From: Camelus dromedarius
Taxonomy: Eukaryota
Reading direction: 5' to 3'
DNA length: 64,000 nt
NCBI RefSeq assembly: GCF_036321535.1
Contig: NC_087437.1
Coordinates: forward strand, 107,944,001 to 108,008,000
Shown: piece by piece, positions 1 through 11,162 of the stretch
How the letters are laid out: the number at the start of each line of letters is the position of its first letter
How positions within the stretch are numbered: position 1 is the stretch's first letter
Notes under the pieces: model-generated
The model's input: only the letters and a program-made list of their open reading frames with translations
The model's database searches: none
Told to the model about the DNA's origin: nothing
Position numbers and translations under genes: made by a program

Positions 1-394
1 TATTCAACTTTTTTTTATTGTTTAATTATCAAAAAAAAAAAAAGACACATAAAACAACCAAAAATATATAAAGTTAAGGAAACACTAAGATTGCTCACCT
101 ACTCCTTTAACCACTCTTCAAACTTACGGTTTTATACTTGATTCAATGAGATAAATTGTGTTGAAATTGATAGAGCAGTGTCTGACATCTGGTAGATCCT
201 CCAGAATGATCACCTCTATTTCTAAGATGTAGGATTAAGATCAGTAGCATCTTGGTACCACTAAGCTACTGTACTTGCTCCTGTTCTAGAGAGTAGAGAA
301 ACCCCTTTAGTTGCTAGTTTTATTTTCCCCATTGTTTTTACATATCAAAGATAATTTCCATCCACTATGTGGATTCCTACAGGTTAGGTGAAAC

Positions 395-615
395 ATGGCA
401 GAGCGTAATGGTTGGGAGGGAGCATTCAGGAACCAAGCCATCTGAATCCATCAGGATGGAGATTTACTGGCTCTGAGAGGGTAGGCCAGTTAGCTACCTT
501 TTTGAGCATTCACTTGTGAGGATCAGAAGGGTTAATACAGAAAGTATCTAATACAGTTCCTGGATCCAATAATTATTAGTGCTTGTCACTATTTTGTCAT
601 CATCATCCTCATCAT
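395..615 (+). mobile_element. MIR SINE, decayed
   Basis: MIR-like head (ggcagagcgtaatggtt), core remnant and 3' part (gtgaggatcagaagggttaatacagaaagtatctaatacagttcctgg); boundaries approximate. Confidence 0.55.
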
Positions 616-1553
616 TAACTGCTTTTCTGGACAAAGCAAAGCAGAAGGACGGAAAGACTAATATTTTACCTCTCAGGAATAAAGAATTGCCATAGCTAAG
701 GAGCATTAACTCTGAAACTTCCGTACTCAAAAATTTTTGCTTTATCTCTTTTTGCCCATATTTTCTTTGTTATTTAGTTGATTTTTTTTTTCCTTTACTC
801 GGGGATTTTTGTTGTTGGATGGTGGCTCTGCTAGGCTGGTCAAGGTTCATACCACAGGCAGTGGATGTTACCCAGATGGCTCCTTTTTAAAATAAATCGA
901 ATTCATGGTTGAGGTTGATATGAGGGCTTCTGTCCGTTGGCAAATGCCATTGTAGCCACAGGCCTCTTATTAAAGCTGGGAAGAAAAATAGTGATTACTA
1001 GTGTTTGTGGCCAAATTTTGTTCATGCCTGCCCATTGGGTTTGTTTGGATACCAGGAAATTACGGACTGTATGATTTGATTTAGGATAAGATATGAGACT
1101 TTTGGAGCCATTCTTTAGCAAAGATTGTGCTGTAAAAGAATATTGGAAAGTACCCCTTTGACCAAGTCAGTGAAATTACCTTAGTCATGAGAATTCTAAG
1201 TGAGTTTTCTGACCTTCAGACACAGACACAGTGCCAAAAAATATCAGCAGGGGATTGAGGATTGATGCTGGTCTGTATTTTAATGAGAGGGTTTCAGTGC
1301 TACATCGTCATCTAACTCAACCCCATCATTTCCAGGCTTTAGACATTCTAGATGCCTGTCTCAGAAAATAGAATTTCCCTCAATATTACTATCAGAAACA
1401 TGTCTTGTCATGTCAGTTCTCTCAGTTCATATTTTTAATTCCTTTTCTTTCTTTTTTTTTTTTTTTTTCTGTTTTTCAAAATATGTTCTTTGGTCGGTTA
1501 CGGCTGGTAATACTCTTAATTGTACCGGCTGCCCAGAGCTCTATTTCGGCGTT

Positions 1554-1567
1554 ATTTCCATGGCAAC
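1554..1567. promoter_or_regulatory. RFX X-box-like motif
   Basis: atttccatggcaac reads GTTGCCATGGAAAT on the minus strand, one base off GTTGCCATGGAAAC; lies in unique, locally CpG-richer DNA; motif only, function not shown. Confidence 0.35.
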
Positions 1568-2765
1568 AAGCGTATGCTGACTATACAGTCCCTCCATCTG
1601 CACCTCCATTCCTGGTACCACGGCTCTTCTTGTGTTAATCCACGCGGCTGACTTTTGTTGTTGTTCTTTATCATCTAGTAAAATAACTACTGTCACCTTG
1701 GAAATTAATTGCAAGGTCAATCTGCTTTAATACACAAAAGACACAGGACACAGGATGTCCTCTCGTGCAAGCCCATCCATGAGAGAAAGGAGAAGCTCAT
1801 CAGTTAACCCAAACATTATTGTCATGTCTGCAGCAATGGGCAGGACATGCAGGCAGCTGTGTGCTCCGGCATGGAAATAGGAGACCATATGCTGAGCCAG
1901 AACCCAGTAGTCCTTTTTCAGGCTGGGTGGCCTTCATTTGCATCATAGAACAGCCATCATCCTCTTCTTTAGGTAAAGGGTAATGTTTTATTTTCAGCCA
2001 TTAAGAGAATTCTTACCATGAAAGTAAATACCTATCAGCTATTATCTTCTCTTATTAGGAGTGTAGGACAAAAACCCCATTTTTGTTGTTTTTTGAGGTA
2101 GTGGGGATATTTATTTATTTACTTATGTTATTATTAGTTTTGTGTGCCGCAATTTGAATAAGATCTCTGAGAATATCTTCCTTTCTGTTTAGACTTTGCT
2201 GCGGTAAACTTTCTTTTTCAGTCTCACATACCAGCCGCTGCCATGCATGGCAGCTTGCGGGGTGTCCCAGCCAAGGATGGCTACTCTTGCATGGCTTTGT
2301 GCTTGGATTCAGAAGCCCAGTGCAGGGTTCCCAACCTGGAACAGGATGTGTTTAATAACATCCTCACTGTCTATCCTTCAAATGAAGAATTTTGCGTATT
2401 CAAAGACGTGACTTTCTAGACTGTAGATAAACAGCACATGCATGGTACTTGCCAGCAGACCCATAAGAAGCTGCTTCTAGGCAATCCCAGCTTGATGTAG
2501 GCCCCGACGGAACAAGATCTCATGACACACCTCTGGGCAGAGATGCCACGGAGAGTGGGATCAGCATCCCTTGCAAAGCACCCTCCTCTGACTTGCTGTA
2601 ACTTGGATTGTTCCCCTCACATCTGGACAAGAATAGGAGTGAATGGATCCCCTCAGAACAGGTACTTCAGTGTCCTTTCTTCATTATGAGAGTATAAAGA
2701 AAGCATGACCCTATGTTGGACACTATGTGCTCACTGGTTTGTTTTAATGAAAGACCACATACCTA

Positions 2766-2890
2766 GTATATTAGTTTCCTAGAGCTGCCTTAATAAATTA
2801 CTATTAACTGGGAGGCTTAAAGCAACAGATATATTCTCTCACAGTGGCAGAGGCCAGAAATCCAAAATCAAGATGTCAGAAGGCCATGTT
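2766..2890 (-). mobile_element. MLT1-family (ERVL-MaLR) LTR fragment
   Basis: gtatattagtttcctagagctgcc...ggcttaaagcaacagatatattctctcacagt...gaaatccaaaatcaagatgtcag is the reverse complement of the MLT1 LTR 3' end. Confidence 0.8.
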
Positions 2891-3279
2891 AGAAGTCAAT
2901 TCCAGGTTGAAAAACAAACAGATTTTTAAAAATCTATTTTTTGAGACTAACTGGCCAACTATAGACATAAAGGATCAGCACACATTCTCCCATCCTAATT
3001 TCCCTCTCATGATACAAAGCAGGGAACTCCTAAACCAGGCTTCCGCCCACAGAATGGATGCTGTCGGTAGTAAGTAGATTGAGAGTGAGCCCCATCAGAT
3101 CAGGGATTGGATGCTGCGGAATCCCAACTTCAACTGCTTCTTCATGAAAACCCAAAAAGCAAATCTGATCTGAAGACCTAATCTAAGCAAGGCTCTCCAG
3201 CCGCTTTCCTCCAGGTCTGGGACTCAAACTTCAAATGTATTACTCCTGTACTCCTATCATCAAATGGAGAGTCTTTGTC

Positions 3280-3775
3280 CTCTGTCGCCCACCTGCTCTA
3301 GGTTGGTATGCTCCATGTTTTCAATTTGCCTTTGATGACTCCTTTGCTCACCTGGGGAAGCTGACCTTGTGGGTATCCCCTGGCTTCCAGGTGGCTTTGT
3401 GCTGCCCGTGAGAAGCACTCGCTGGAGGATGGAGGGTGGGAAGAGGGTTTGGAGTTATTTGTCCGTTGCATTCTCTCCCTGTTGGATAGCCGTAGATTAA
3501 CTGTATCACTTTACTAAAAGCCACAGCTCATGTTATGCAGCCCTGTCAGTACAGTTTCTTTCTTACATAGTTCTGGTAAGTGTTCCTTCCTCTAACATTG
3601 CCAGGCCAAGAAGGAGTAAGGACCCCCTTATCTTCCTTGCCCAAGGTTACTGGGTCATCCCTCATTGGCTTCACTAAACTCTGCTACAACTTTGTAATTA
3701 ATGCTTTTATTAAATACTTATCAATTACCCAATGTGTGTCTCCCATTTCTTTCCTGCCTGCAATCAGATTGATAA
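3280..3775 (+). mobile_element. LTR33-like ERVL LTR
   Basis: 3' end tttattaaatacttatcaattacccaatgtgtgtctcccatttctttcctgcc...gattgata resembles the LTR33 terminus; the body is also LTR33-like. Confidence 0.65.
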
Positions 3776-3861
3776 AAATCACTAGACCAGAAGAAAGAGC
3801 CTTCGTTTTATTGACTTATTCTTGCTTAAGTGGGGGTTTATTGTGCACTGAGTCAACTAAC

Positions 3862-4712
3862 TTTCCTACCTACCCTCATTTGCCCACCTTCACCCCCTAC
3901 CTCTGGTAACGACCAATCTGTTCCGTATCTATGAGTTCAACTTTTTGTTTTTGCTTTTGTTCTTTAGTTTCCACATATAAGAGAGATTATATGATGTTTT
4001 TATTGCTCTATCTGACTTAATTCATTTAGTATAATGCCCTCAAGTTCTTCCATGATGTCACAAATGGCAAGATTTCCTTCTTTTTGTGGCTGGCTAATAT
4101 TCCATTGTGTTTGTGTATATATATATCTCCTTTTCCATTCACCTATTGGTGAACACTTACATTGCTTCCATATCTTGGCTATTATGAATAATGTTGCAAT
4201 GAACACGGGGGTGCATATATCTTTCTGAGTTAGTGGTTTTGTTTCCTTTGGGTAGATACCCAGAAGTGGAATTGCTAGATCATATGGTAATTCTCTTTTT
4301 AATTTTTTGAGGAACCTCCATATTGTTTTCCATAGTAGCTGTGCCAGTTGGCATGTTTACCAGCAGTGCATAAGGATTTCCTATTCTCTGCATCCTTGAC
4401 TATCCTTAATTCTTATCTTTTTGATAATAGCCACCTAACAAGTGTGAGATGATACCTCATTGTGGTTTTGATTTGTATTTCCCTGATGGTTACTGACGCT
4501 GAATATTTTTTCATGTATCTGCTTGCCATCTGTATGTCTTCTTTTGAAAAATGTCTGTTCAGATCTTCTGCCCATTTTTTAATCAGTTTTTTTTTAATAT
4601 TGAATTATATGAGTTTTTTTTAATATATTTTGGATATTAACCTCTTATTAGCTATACGATTTGCAAATATTTTCTCATTTGATAGGCTGCCTCTTCATTT
4701 TGTTGATGATTA
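3862..4712 (-). mobile_element. L1 (L1MA/MB-type) ORF2 C-terminus and 3'UTR fragment
   Basis: Minus-strand ORF 4000-4206 MFIATLFIIAKIWKQCKCSPIGEW matches the L1 ORF2p C-terminal region; plus strand carries typical antisense L1 text (tacccagaagtggaattgctagatcatatggtaattct). Confidence 0.92.
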
Positions 4713-6622
4713 TTATTTGTCATTTTCTTTCAGAGCTTAAATATGTCATCTCAGAGTCTTCTAGCCTTCATAATCTCCAGAAAAAAATCAGTGAAAAAGC
4801 TCATTCACTCTCTCATACATCATGAGTCATTTCTCTCCTATTCCTTTCAAGAGTCCCTCTTTGCCTTTGGCTTCTGACAGTTTAGTTGTGATTTATCTAA
4901 GTAGGGATCTCAGTTTTTTTTGTTGTTGTTGTTTGTTTTCTGATTTGGAATCCATTAAGCTTTTTGTATGAGTGGGTAATGTTTTTCATCAAATTATGTT
5001 TTCAACTATTATTTCTTCAAATTTTTTTTTTTATTCCCTTGTCTCTCTTTTTTTCTCTCTCTCTCTCCTCTCTTTTTGGAACTCCCATCTGTCTATCTTC
5101 AAATTCTTGGTGATGCCCCACAAGTCTCTGAGACTTTATTTTTCTTCATTCTTTTTTCTTTCTATTCCTTAGACTGGATAATTTCATTAACCTGTCTTCA
5201 AGTTGGCTGATTCTTTTCTTCTCCCTATCCAAATCTACTGTTAAGCTCCTCTAGTGAATTTTTTATTAACTTATTATATTTTTAAATTCCATCATTTTAT
5301 TTGTTCCTTCTTTATAGTTTCTATCTGTATATTGATAGTCTTTATTTGGTGAGATATCCTCATCTTTTCCTTTAATCCTTTCAGACATGGTTTATTTTAG
5401 TTCTTTAAATATTTTTAGGATGGCTGATTTAAAATATTTGTCTAGTAAGCAAAATCTAAGTTATTTCACAGACACTTCTATTGCTTGCTTTTGTCCTTAA
5501 TTATGGGCCATACTTTCTAGTTTCTGTGTCTTGTAAGTGTTTGTTGCATTTGAATAATAAAATTTTACAACCCTGAAAATTATATTCTTTCCCTTCCCTA
5601 GGGTCTATTTTGCAGTTTGTTGTTGTTGTAGAATGTTTGTTTAGTATTTTTTTCTAAACCAGTTCTCCAAAGATTTTATTCTTTGTCATGTTTGGACATT
5701 GAAGTCTCTTCTCGGTTAGCTTAGTGGTCAGTAAATGACTGGACAAAGATTGCATTAAATGTTGGGATCCAATAATTCTGCCAGTTTTTGCTGAGGAGCT
5801 TCATGTGCATTTTGAATCATATCTCCAACACAGCCTGGCAGTTGAAAACTCTGCTTAGCCTTCACTTTCTTTCCCGGAGCCTCCAGGTCAGCCAGAGGTG
5901 AGAACTTAGCCTTCCAACAACTTTCTTGAACATAGGCACTGTGCTTGGAATACATACCACCATACACCTGTGTGTGAATTGTTTTTTATTTTATTTTGTT
6001 TTATTTTATTTTATTTTATTGCTAGTAACATGTCAGAACTTTTCAAAGCCCCAGTGAACATCTCCTTTGAAGCTTTTTTCTTTTAAGCTTCATGGCCAGC
6101 CTATTATTTGTTCTGTTATCTACTACCACAGGCTACCATGAAATTTAAAAATCACCTCTATTTTCAACAAGTGTCCTGGGGAAAAGCTTTTCCCACTGGG
6201 CAAGCCCTAAGTTAGGTCACATAGAGACAGAAGTAAGTGGGGTCTTTCAGTGAGCTACTCACCAGGCCCAATAATGACATTCTCTGGGAATGAGACTGGT
6301 GGCTGCCAGAATACTAGTGTTTAGTGATTGAGGGCTATTTAGTTTTAGGGCTACCATGGTACTATAGACAGAAGAATGAGAATAAATCAAGTTAGTCCAT
6401 TAAAAAAAAAAAAAGAACTCACTGTTTTTCCCAAAATTAAGCCTTTTTAATTTTTTTAAGAAAAATTTAATAAACCCTATCTAGACTCCTGAAAGTATTT
6501 GATTAATTTCTACAGTTATATAAACATTGCTTCTGATTATTTTTGCCAGTTTTTTCACTGCTTTTATGGAGGAAATTATTCTCAGATGCCCTTACTTTAC
6601 CATTTTCACTGACGTCACTTCT
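4713..6622 (-). mobile_element. Ancient L1M 5'UTR/ORF1 fragment including the 5' terminus
   Basis: T-rich antisense ORF1-like sequence; the minus strand starts gaagtgacgtcagtgaaaatggtaaagtaagggca, resembling old L1M 5' ends; TGACGTCA at 6610-6617. Confidence 0.75.
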
Positions 6623-7741
6623 CTTTCATATTACAGTAGAATTTAATATGAAATAAAAATATTTTCATTAGTACTTGTAAATAAGTACTAATTATAAGAT
6701 AAAAAATTTCATAGACATATATATGATTTAAGTCTAATGTATAATCAGTTCAGTTTTAAACTTGGCATCTTAGGAAATACTCTTCAATATTCATAATCCA
6801 ATTCAGCTATCAATTATTAGATACAGTTTTTATCCTTAAGACTTCCCTTCAACTCATGTCTTTCCTTCACATTTCCTCCCTGATACTTTAGAATTTTCTG
6901 ACTCTTGTGATTATCTTTTTTTCCTGAGGTTTAATACTCACAAAGTGAGTTACAAGCGTATAAATATTTAGATATAAACCTCCCACATATGACATACAGT
7001 TGTCACATGTTTTTCTATGGAGCTGAAACAGGATTCCTTCCTTTCTCTCAAACCTGTAGGTTCTTGGTAAGCATTTAAGTGATGTTGTTTGGTTTGGCTA
7101 CATCACACCATACTAGCTTCAAGTAATTTTTCAAGGGTATGATTTCTGAAATTGCATGCTCTAAACCATATGCCCACAAAATGGATTCTCTATATCTATT
7201 CCTTATTTTTTTTTAATTTTTAAAATATTTATTATCGTTATATATCCTATGTATATTCTTCAACTTGATAAGCTCATTTCAGTAATATATTTTTTCCTTT
7301 CAGGCATTGTCAAGAATTTAAAGCAAATTATTTTCATGGAAAACAAGTCCATGTTTAATTCCCTCTAATAAGAAGGAGCAATCTCTGCAGATGAGTGTCT
7401 GTTTTATTTATTTTTCCCTAAGCACCATCAAATCAATATTTCACCATTTTTAAACTAGGGACAACCTAGAGAATTGTTATCTTCTACGAACAATATGATG
7501 TTGATTTCTCCCCTCTTCTTAATCAAACAATATGAAGAATTTTCAAACTTTGTCACTGAAATTAGTGAATGACTAATTATGTTATGACTGTCCCCAAATA
7601 GAAATTTTCTGCCACTAAACCCACAATATGTGGGATACTGGTCACCACAAGCATTACCATGATGATCACTAATAATTAGAGGGGAAATACTGATTCCATT
7701 TATGTCAGCAATAGCTGCCTAAAGAATATTCATTTGATAAA

Positions 7742-7856
7742 CATGAGACTGTAAGCCCCACGCAGGCAGTGGTTTTATATTTTATTCCTCATCAGATCCC
7801 CACACCTGGGCACAATTTCTCATGCCTGACGGGTGCTAAGTAACATGGTGAATGAC
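7742..7856 (+). mobile_element. L2 3' end
   Basis: gactgtaagccccacgcaggcag...cccacacctgggcaca...gggtgctaagtaacatggtgaatga follows the L2 terminal pattern. Confidence 0.6.
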
Positions 7857-8075
7857 TCTCATGCTCAAATTCTATTCACTAATTCAAATATAATTTGCCT
7901 CTTGTGCACAGTACCACACTCTCCTGTCTCTATATTTTTACCCATAATAATACTATATATATCTAAAAATTTTGCAATCTACTACAACATTTAAACACTA
8001 AACTTTCTCACCTGAGACTCTGAAGAGAGCCAGGCTTTATGTTCAGTTTCACTGATAATCACATTTGGATTAATC

Positions 8076-8320
8076 AGAGCATGCTGTGATAGTGAACATA
8101 TACATCTAAAGCCCAGTGGCTATTTCCTTACACATAGCCTAGGTTTGACTTATTTATTGGGTGACCTTAGGAAAGTTACTTCATTTCACTTGGCCTTAGT
8201 TTTTGTATCTTTTGAAAATAAAGCAAGTGTCACTTTACAAGGCTATGTCAGTTTTGAATAGGATAATCAACACGAATGAACATTGCAATCTCTAAGGTAT
8301 GATCTCATTTGTAATCAATA
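8076..8320 (+). mobile_element. MIR SINE
   Basis: MIR core gggtgaccttaggaaagttacttcatttcacttggccttagttttt. Confidence 0.7.
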
Positions 8321-9244
8321 TTGACATTGGGATATCAGCTTCTTTTTGAAAACCAACCATTTCTTCACTGATACCTTTTCTATTCTCAGAAATGATAAAT
8401 TTTAGGTTAAACTGCATCATATGGGCTCGTCCTCCCCCTCCATCATTATTTTATTCCACAATTATAGGTACTCAAGAGAAAACTTCCAGACTCAATTCAC
8501 TTTCTAAAGCAACCATCTCTGACTACCTACCCCCCAACTTGTCTACACCAAATATGTGTCAATTCTGGTAAAAATAAATGCCTAAAATCTTGCCTGGGCA
8601 ACTTTGCCTCAGGGGCTCACAAGCATTACCTAAAATCATCTCCTTAATAATCATTCCTTGAGCTTCTTTTGGGGTCAGTAGTTTTAAAGTAGGTTGAACC
8701 TCCGTAACTTGAGCAGGAGGTGTTACCTATTAAGTAGCCAGCACAATCACGGGAGTTAGTTTTCACCCGATTGTTCAATTACCATTGCTGTTCAATCTCA
8801 ATTAGGGAAAAATGAGGATCTGAGGGAACAGAAAAACAGCACAGTAGCAGGTACGTTTATTTCGAGGAAGAAAGGCAGAAAAACTAAGGAGCATGTTGGG
8901 AGAGTTATATTTTGGAGACAGCGTTTCACTAGAATCAAACTCAGTATAAAAGGTACTTTTACATCCTGAACCAATCATTATGGCTAAATTGAAGCATTGC
9001 TTTTCTTTCACTTATTGCATTAAAAGAAATATTTAAATCATAGTACTTCCTGGAAAACAAATGCTGATGGGCATGATTCAGTGTAGGGAGAAGCCAGAAA
9101 TTATGGGTAAGAAGCCAAAAAGCATAATTTTCAGGAAAAGTTCTCTAGTAAGAGGATGGGATGTGGTTTGTTCTTTGGTAAGAACTTGAACAGACCAACC
9201 TCTTGCAAAGAAAGGAACACCAAGTACATGATTTCAGATTCAGA

Positions 9245-9390
9245 TATATGACAGATTTGGTGATGGGAGCTTCAGGAAATTATTCTTCTTTTGATTGCTT
9301 TAATTTTCTCAGTGAAATGAAAAATCAGGCCATTAGCTGAGACAGGCAGGCTAAGAAGTCTGGAAGGTTAAAGAAAGAAGGGAAAGGATA
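9245..9390 (-). mobile_element. L2 internal fragment
   Basis: tttgattgctttaattttctcagtgaaatgaaaaatcaggccattagctgaga resembles antisense L2 ORF2. Confidence 0.5.
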
Positions 9391-9464
9391 AAATTCTGAT
9401 GGGCATAGTTGCCAAATAGGACCGAAAAAGTCTTGTAAGGGATTAGGACGGGTTTTGCTTTTCT

Positions 9465-9760
9465 CAACCCTGGAGCTACATGCTAGACAGGCCTGAAGCT
9501 GCTAATAGCCGTCTTTCCAAACATGTGGAAAAGTGCGACTGAAAATAAAGCCAGCACTGAAAACAGCAGCCTGATATGAAATGAGAAACGTAAAGTTCTC
9601 ATATTACATTCCAAGGACGTGGAAACAAGCAGGCTTGAACACAGAACACCCCCTGAGCTTTTCTGTCACAGGAGTGAACACATTCCTTTTTTAATTGTGT
9701 GTTTGAGGTTTTTGTTTTGATTCGTTTTTGTCACTTGCAATCAAAAGAGTGCTTAATACA
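9465..9760 (+). mobile_element. MLT1J/K-like MaLR LTR, 3' part
   Basis: Ends ttttgtcacttgcaatcaaaagagtgcttaataca, the old-MLT1 terminus. Confidence 0.7.
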
Positions 9761-9834
9761 TCAAATCACTGAGAAGTAGTTGATGAGGTTTTAAAGGATA
9801 ACCAGAAAAAGTATATAAAAAAGGTAATCTAGCT

Positions 9835-10175
9835 ACTTGGTTATTAGGATAGATTTTGGAGTCAGAAAAATGAATTTGAATCCTGGCCATTCCACTTAAT
9901 GAGAAGTGTAACATTTAGATTTAGTCTCTCTGATGTTCATAATTTTATCTAAAAATAGGATATAATGATCATAAGAGCTACCATGTATGAAGTCCCATGC
10001 ATTATACCAATGTTTTATATACATTATCTTTATCAAATCTTCCAGTTCTCCACTGAAACAGGTTTTATGTTGTTTTACACATGAGGAGAGTGCAATTTAG
10101 CGAGGTTAATAATCAGCCTTACATTTCACAACTAGTAAGATGGTATTGAACTCATGGTTGTTTTACTTCACACCT
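9835..10175. mobile_element. Two adjacent MIR fragments in opposite orientation
   Basis: ttttggagtcagaaaaatgaatttgaatcctggcc (+) followed by ttttacacatgaggagagtgcaatttagcgaggttaat (-). Confidence 0.6.
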
Positions 10176-10304
10176 AGAGTGACTGTAAGTCTCAGTTCAC
10201 TTGGAGGATTTCAGTCTATGCCTGTGGTACCTGCATTCCATCTAATTAGTGTACTTTCCCTTGCAAAAAAAAAAAAAAAAAAAGTCTTAGGACAATAAGT
10301 TGTA

Positions 10305-10730
10305 ATGATCACTGCTGCTGTGACCAAGCACACTCTGAAGTCAGAGATTAGCTTGCTGGATATTTATTGGGAAATGCTTTTGGGATCTCTACCAGATCTC
10401 TACCAAAAGGAAGCAAGATTGGGCAGAGAGGGGAACAAAAGCTTCAGCCAACCCCACGGGGAGTTCTGAAGCTGGAATGGCCCTTTGAAGTTGTTACGTT
10501 TGGAGCAAGAAGGGGTCTGGACCATTATATTACTGCATCACCCCACTCATTGCACAGGATCTGACCCCAAGATGGGGAGTGGTCTTGGACAAGATAGTGC
10601 TCTCTACTCGAGGACAGTTTCTTAAGAAAATGGACAGCTGAGAGCTTTTCTGTTGATCAGCATTCCCAGTAGTTAGGGGACTAAGTCCTTCAGAAGGACT
10701 GGAAAGGAGATCACAGCATCTACTGCAGCT
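10305..10730 (-). mobile_element. LTR16C-like ERVL LTR
   Basis: agcaagattgggcagagagggg...tcagccaaccccacggggagttctgaagctggaatggcccttt...ggggagtggtcttggacaag matches antisense LTR16; small internal duplication atctctacca x2. Confidence 0.75.
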
Positions 10731-10833
10731 GTAAACTTCCACGGTGCATGAAACTCTACCTCTAGACAATAGTTTCTTCATACAGTTCCTCTGAGGATTA
10801 ATGAAAGTATACCTACATATCTTTGAAAGTACT

Positions 10834-10975
10834 GGGGGAGGGTATAGCTCAGTGGTAGAGTATGTGCTTAGCATGCACAAGGTCCTAAGTTCAATCCTCA
10901 GTACCTCCATTAAAATAAATAAATAAAACTAAATACTTACTCCCAAAATAAAAAAAAAAAATTAAAATTAAAAAA
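10834..10975 (+). mobile_element. Camelid tRNA-Ala-derived SINE (Vic-1 type), full length
   Basis: ggggagggtatagctcagtggtagag (A box), gtgcttagcatgcac, agttcaatcc (B box), AT-rich body and A tail; short imperfect TSD aaagtac/aaagtat; inserted into a MIR 3' end. Confidence 0.92.
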
Positions 10976-11039
10976 GTATGTGGTACATATTAAAATATAC
11001 CTGCACATGCATACATTGAGTAAATGGCAGCAATTATTC

Positions 11040-11162
11040 TATTACATATATAGTACATTACATATATGGTATATATGTATATAGTACATATTACATATAT
11101 AGTACATTAAAATACTATATATGTAATATGCAATGTATTATAGTACTATAAATAGTATTATA
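11040..11162. repeat. AT-rich degenerate tandem repeat with internal inverted repeat
   Basis: Repeated tacatatatagtacat-like units; perfect 18-bp arms at 11087-11104 and 11113-11130. Confidence 0.8.

Noticed and set aside
903..1121. Minus-strand 72-aa ORF with an acceptor-like tttttcttcccag
   Set aside because: No recognisable protein in the frames I read and no partner exons; kept only as part of the unique 790-2650 block
10834..10908. tRNA-Ala(AGC)-like gene
   Set aside because: It continues into the SINE body and A tail, has substitutions in the stems and B box, and related copies occur at 32618-32762 and 30282-30316; it is a SINE head
10530..10910. 126-aa minus-strand ORF
   Set aside because: It spans SINE, MIR and LTR16 sequence; a chance read-through
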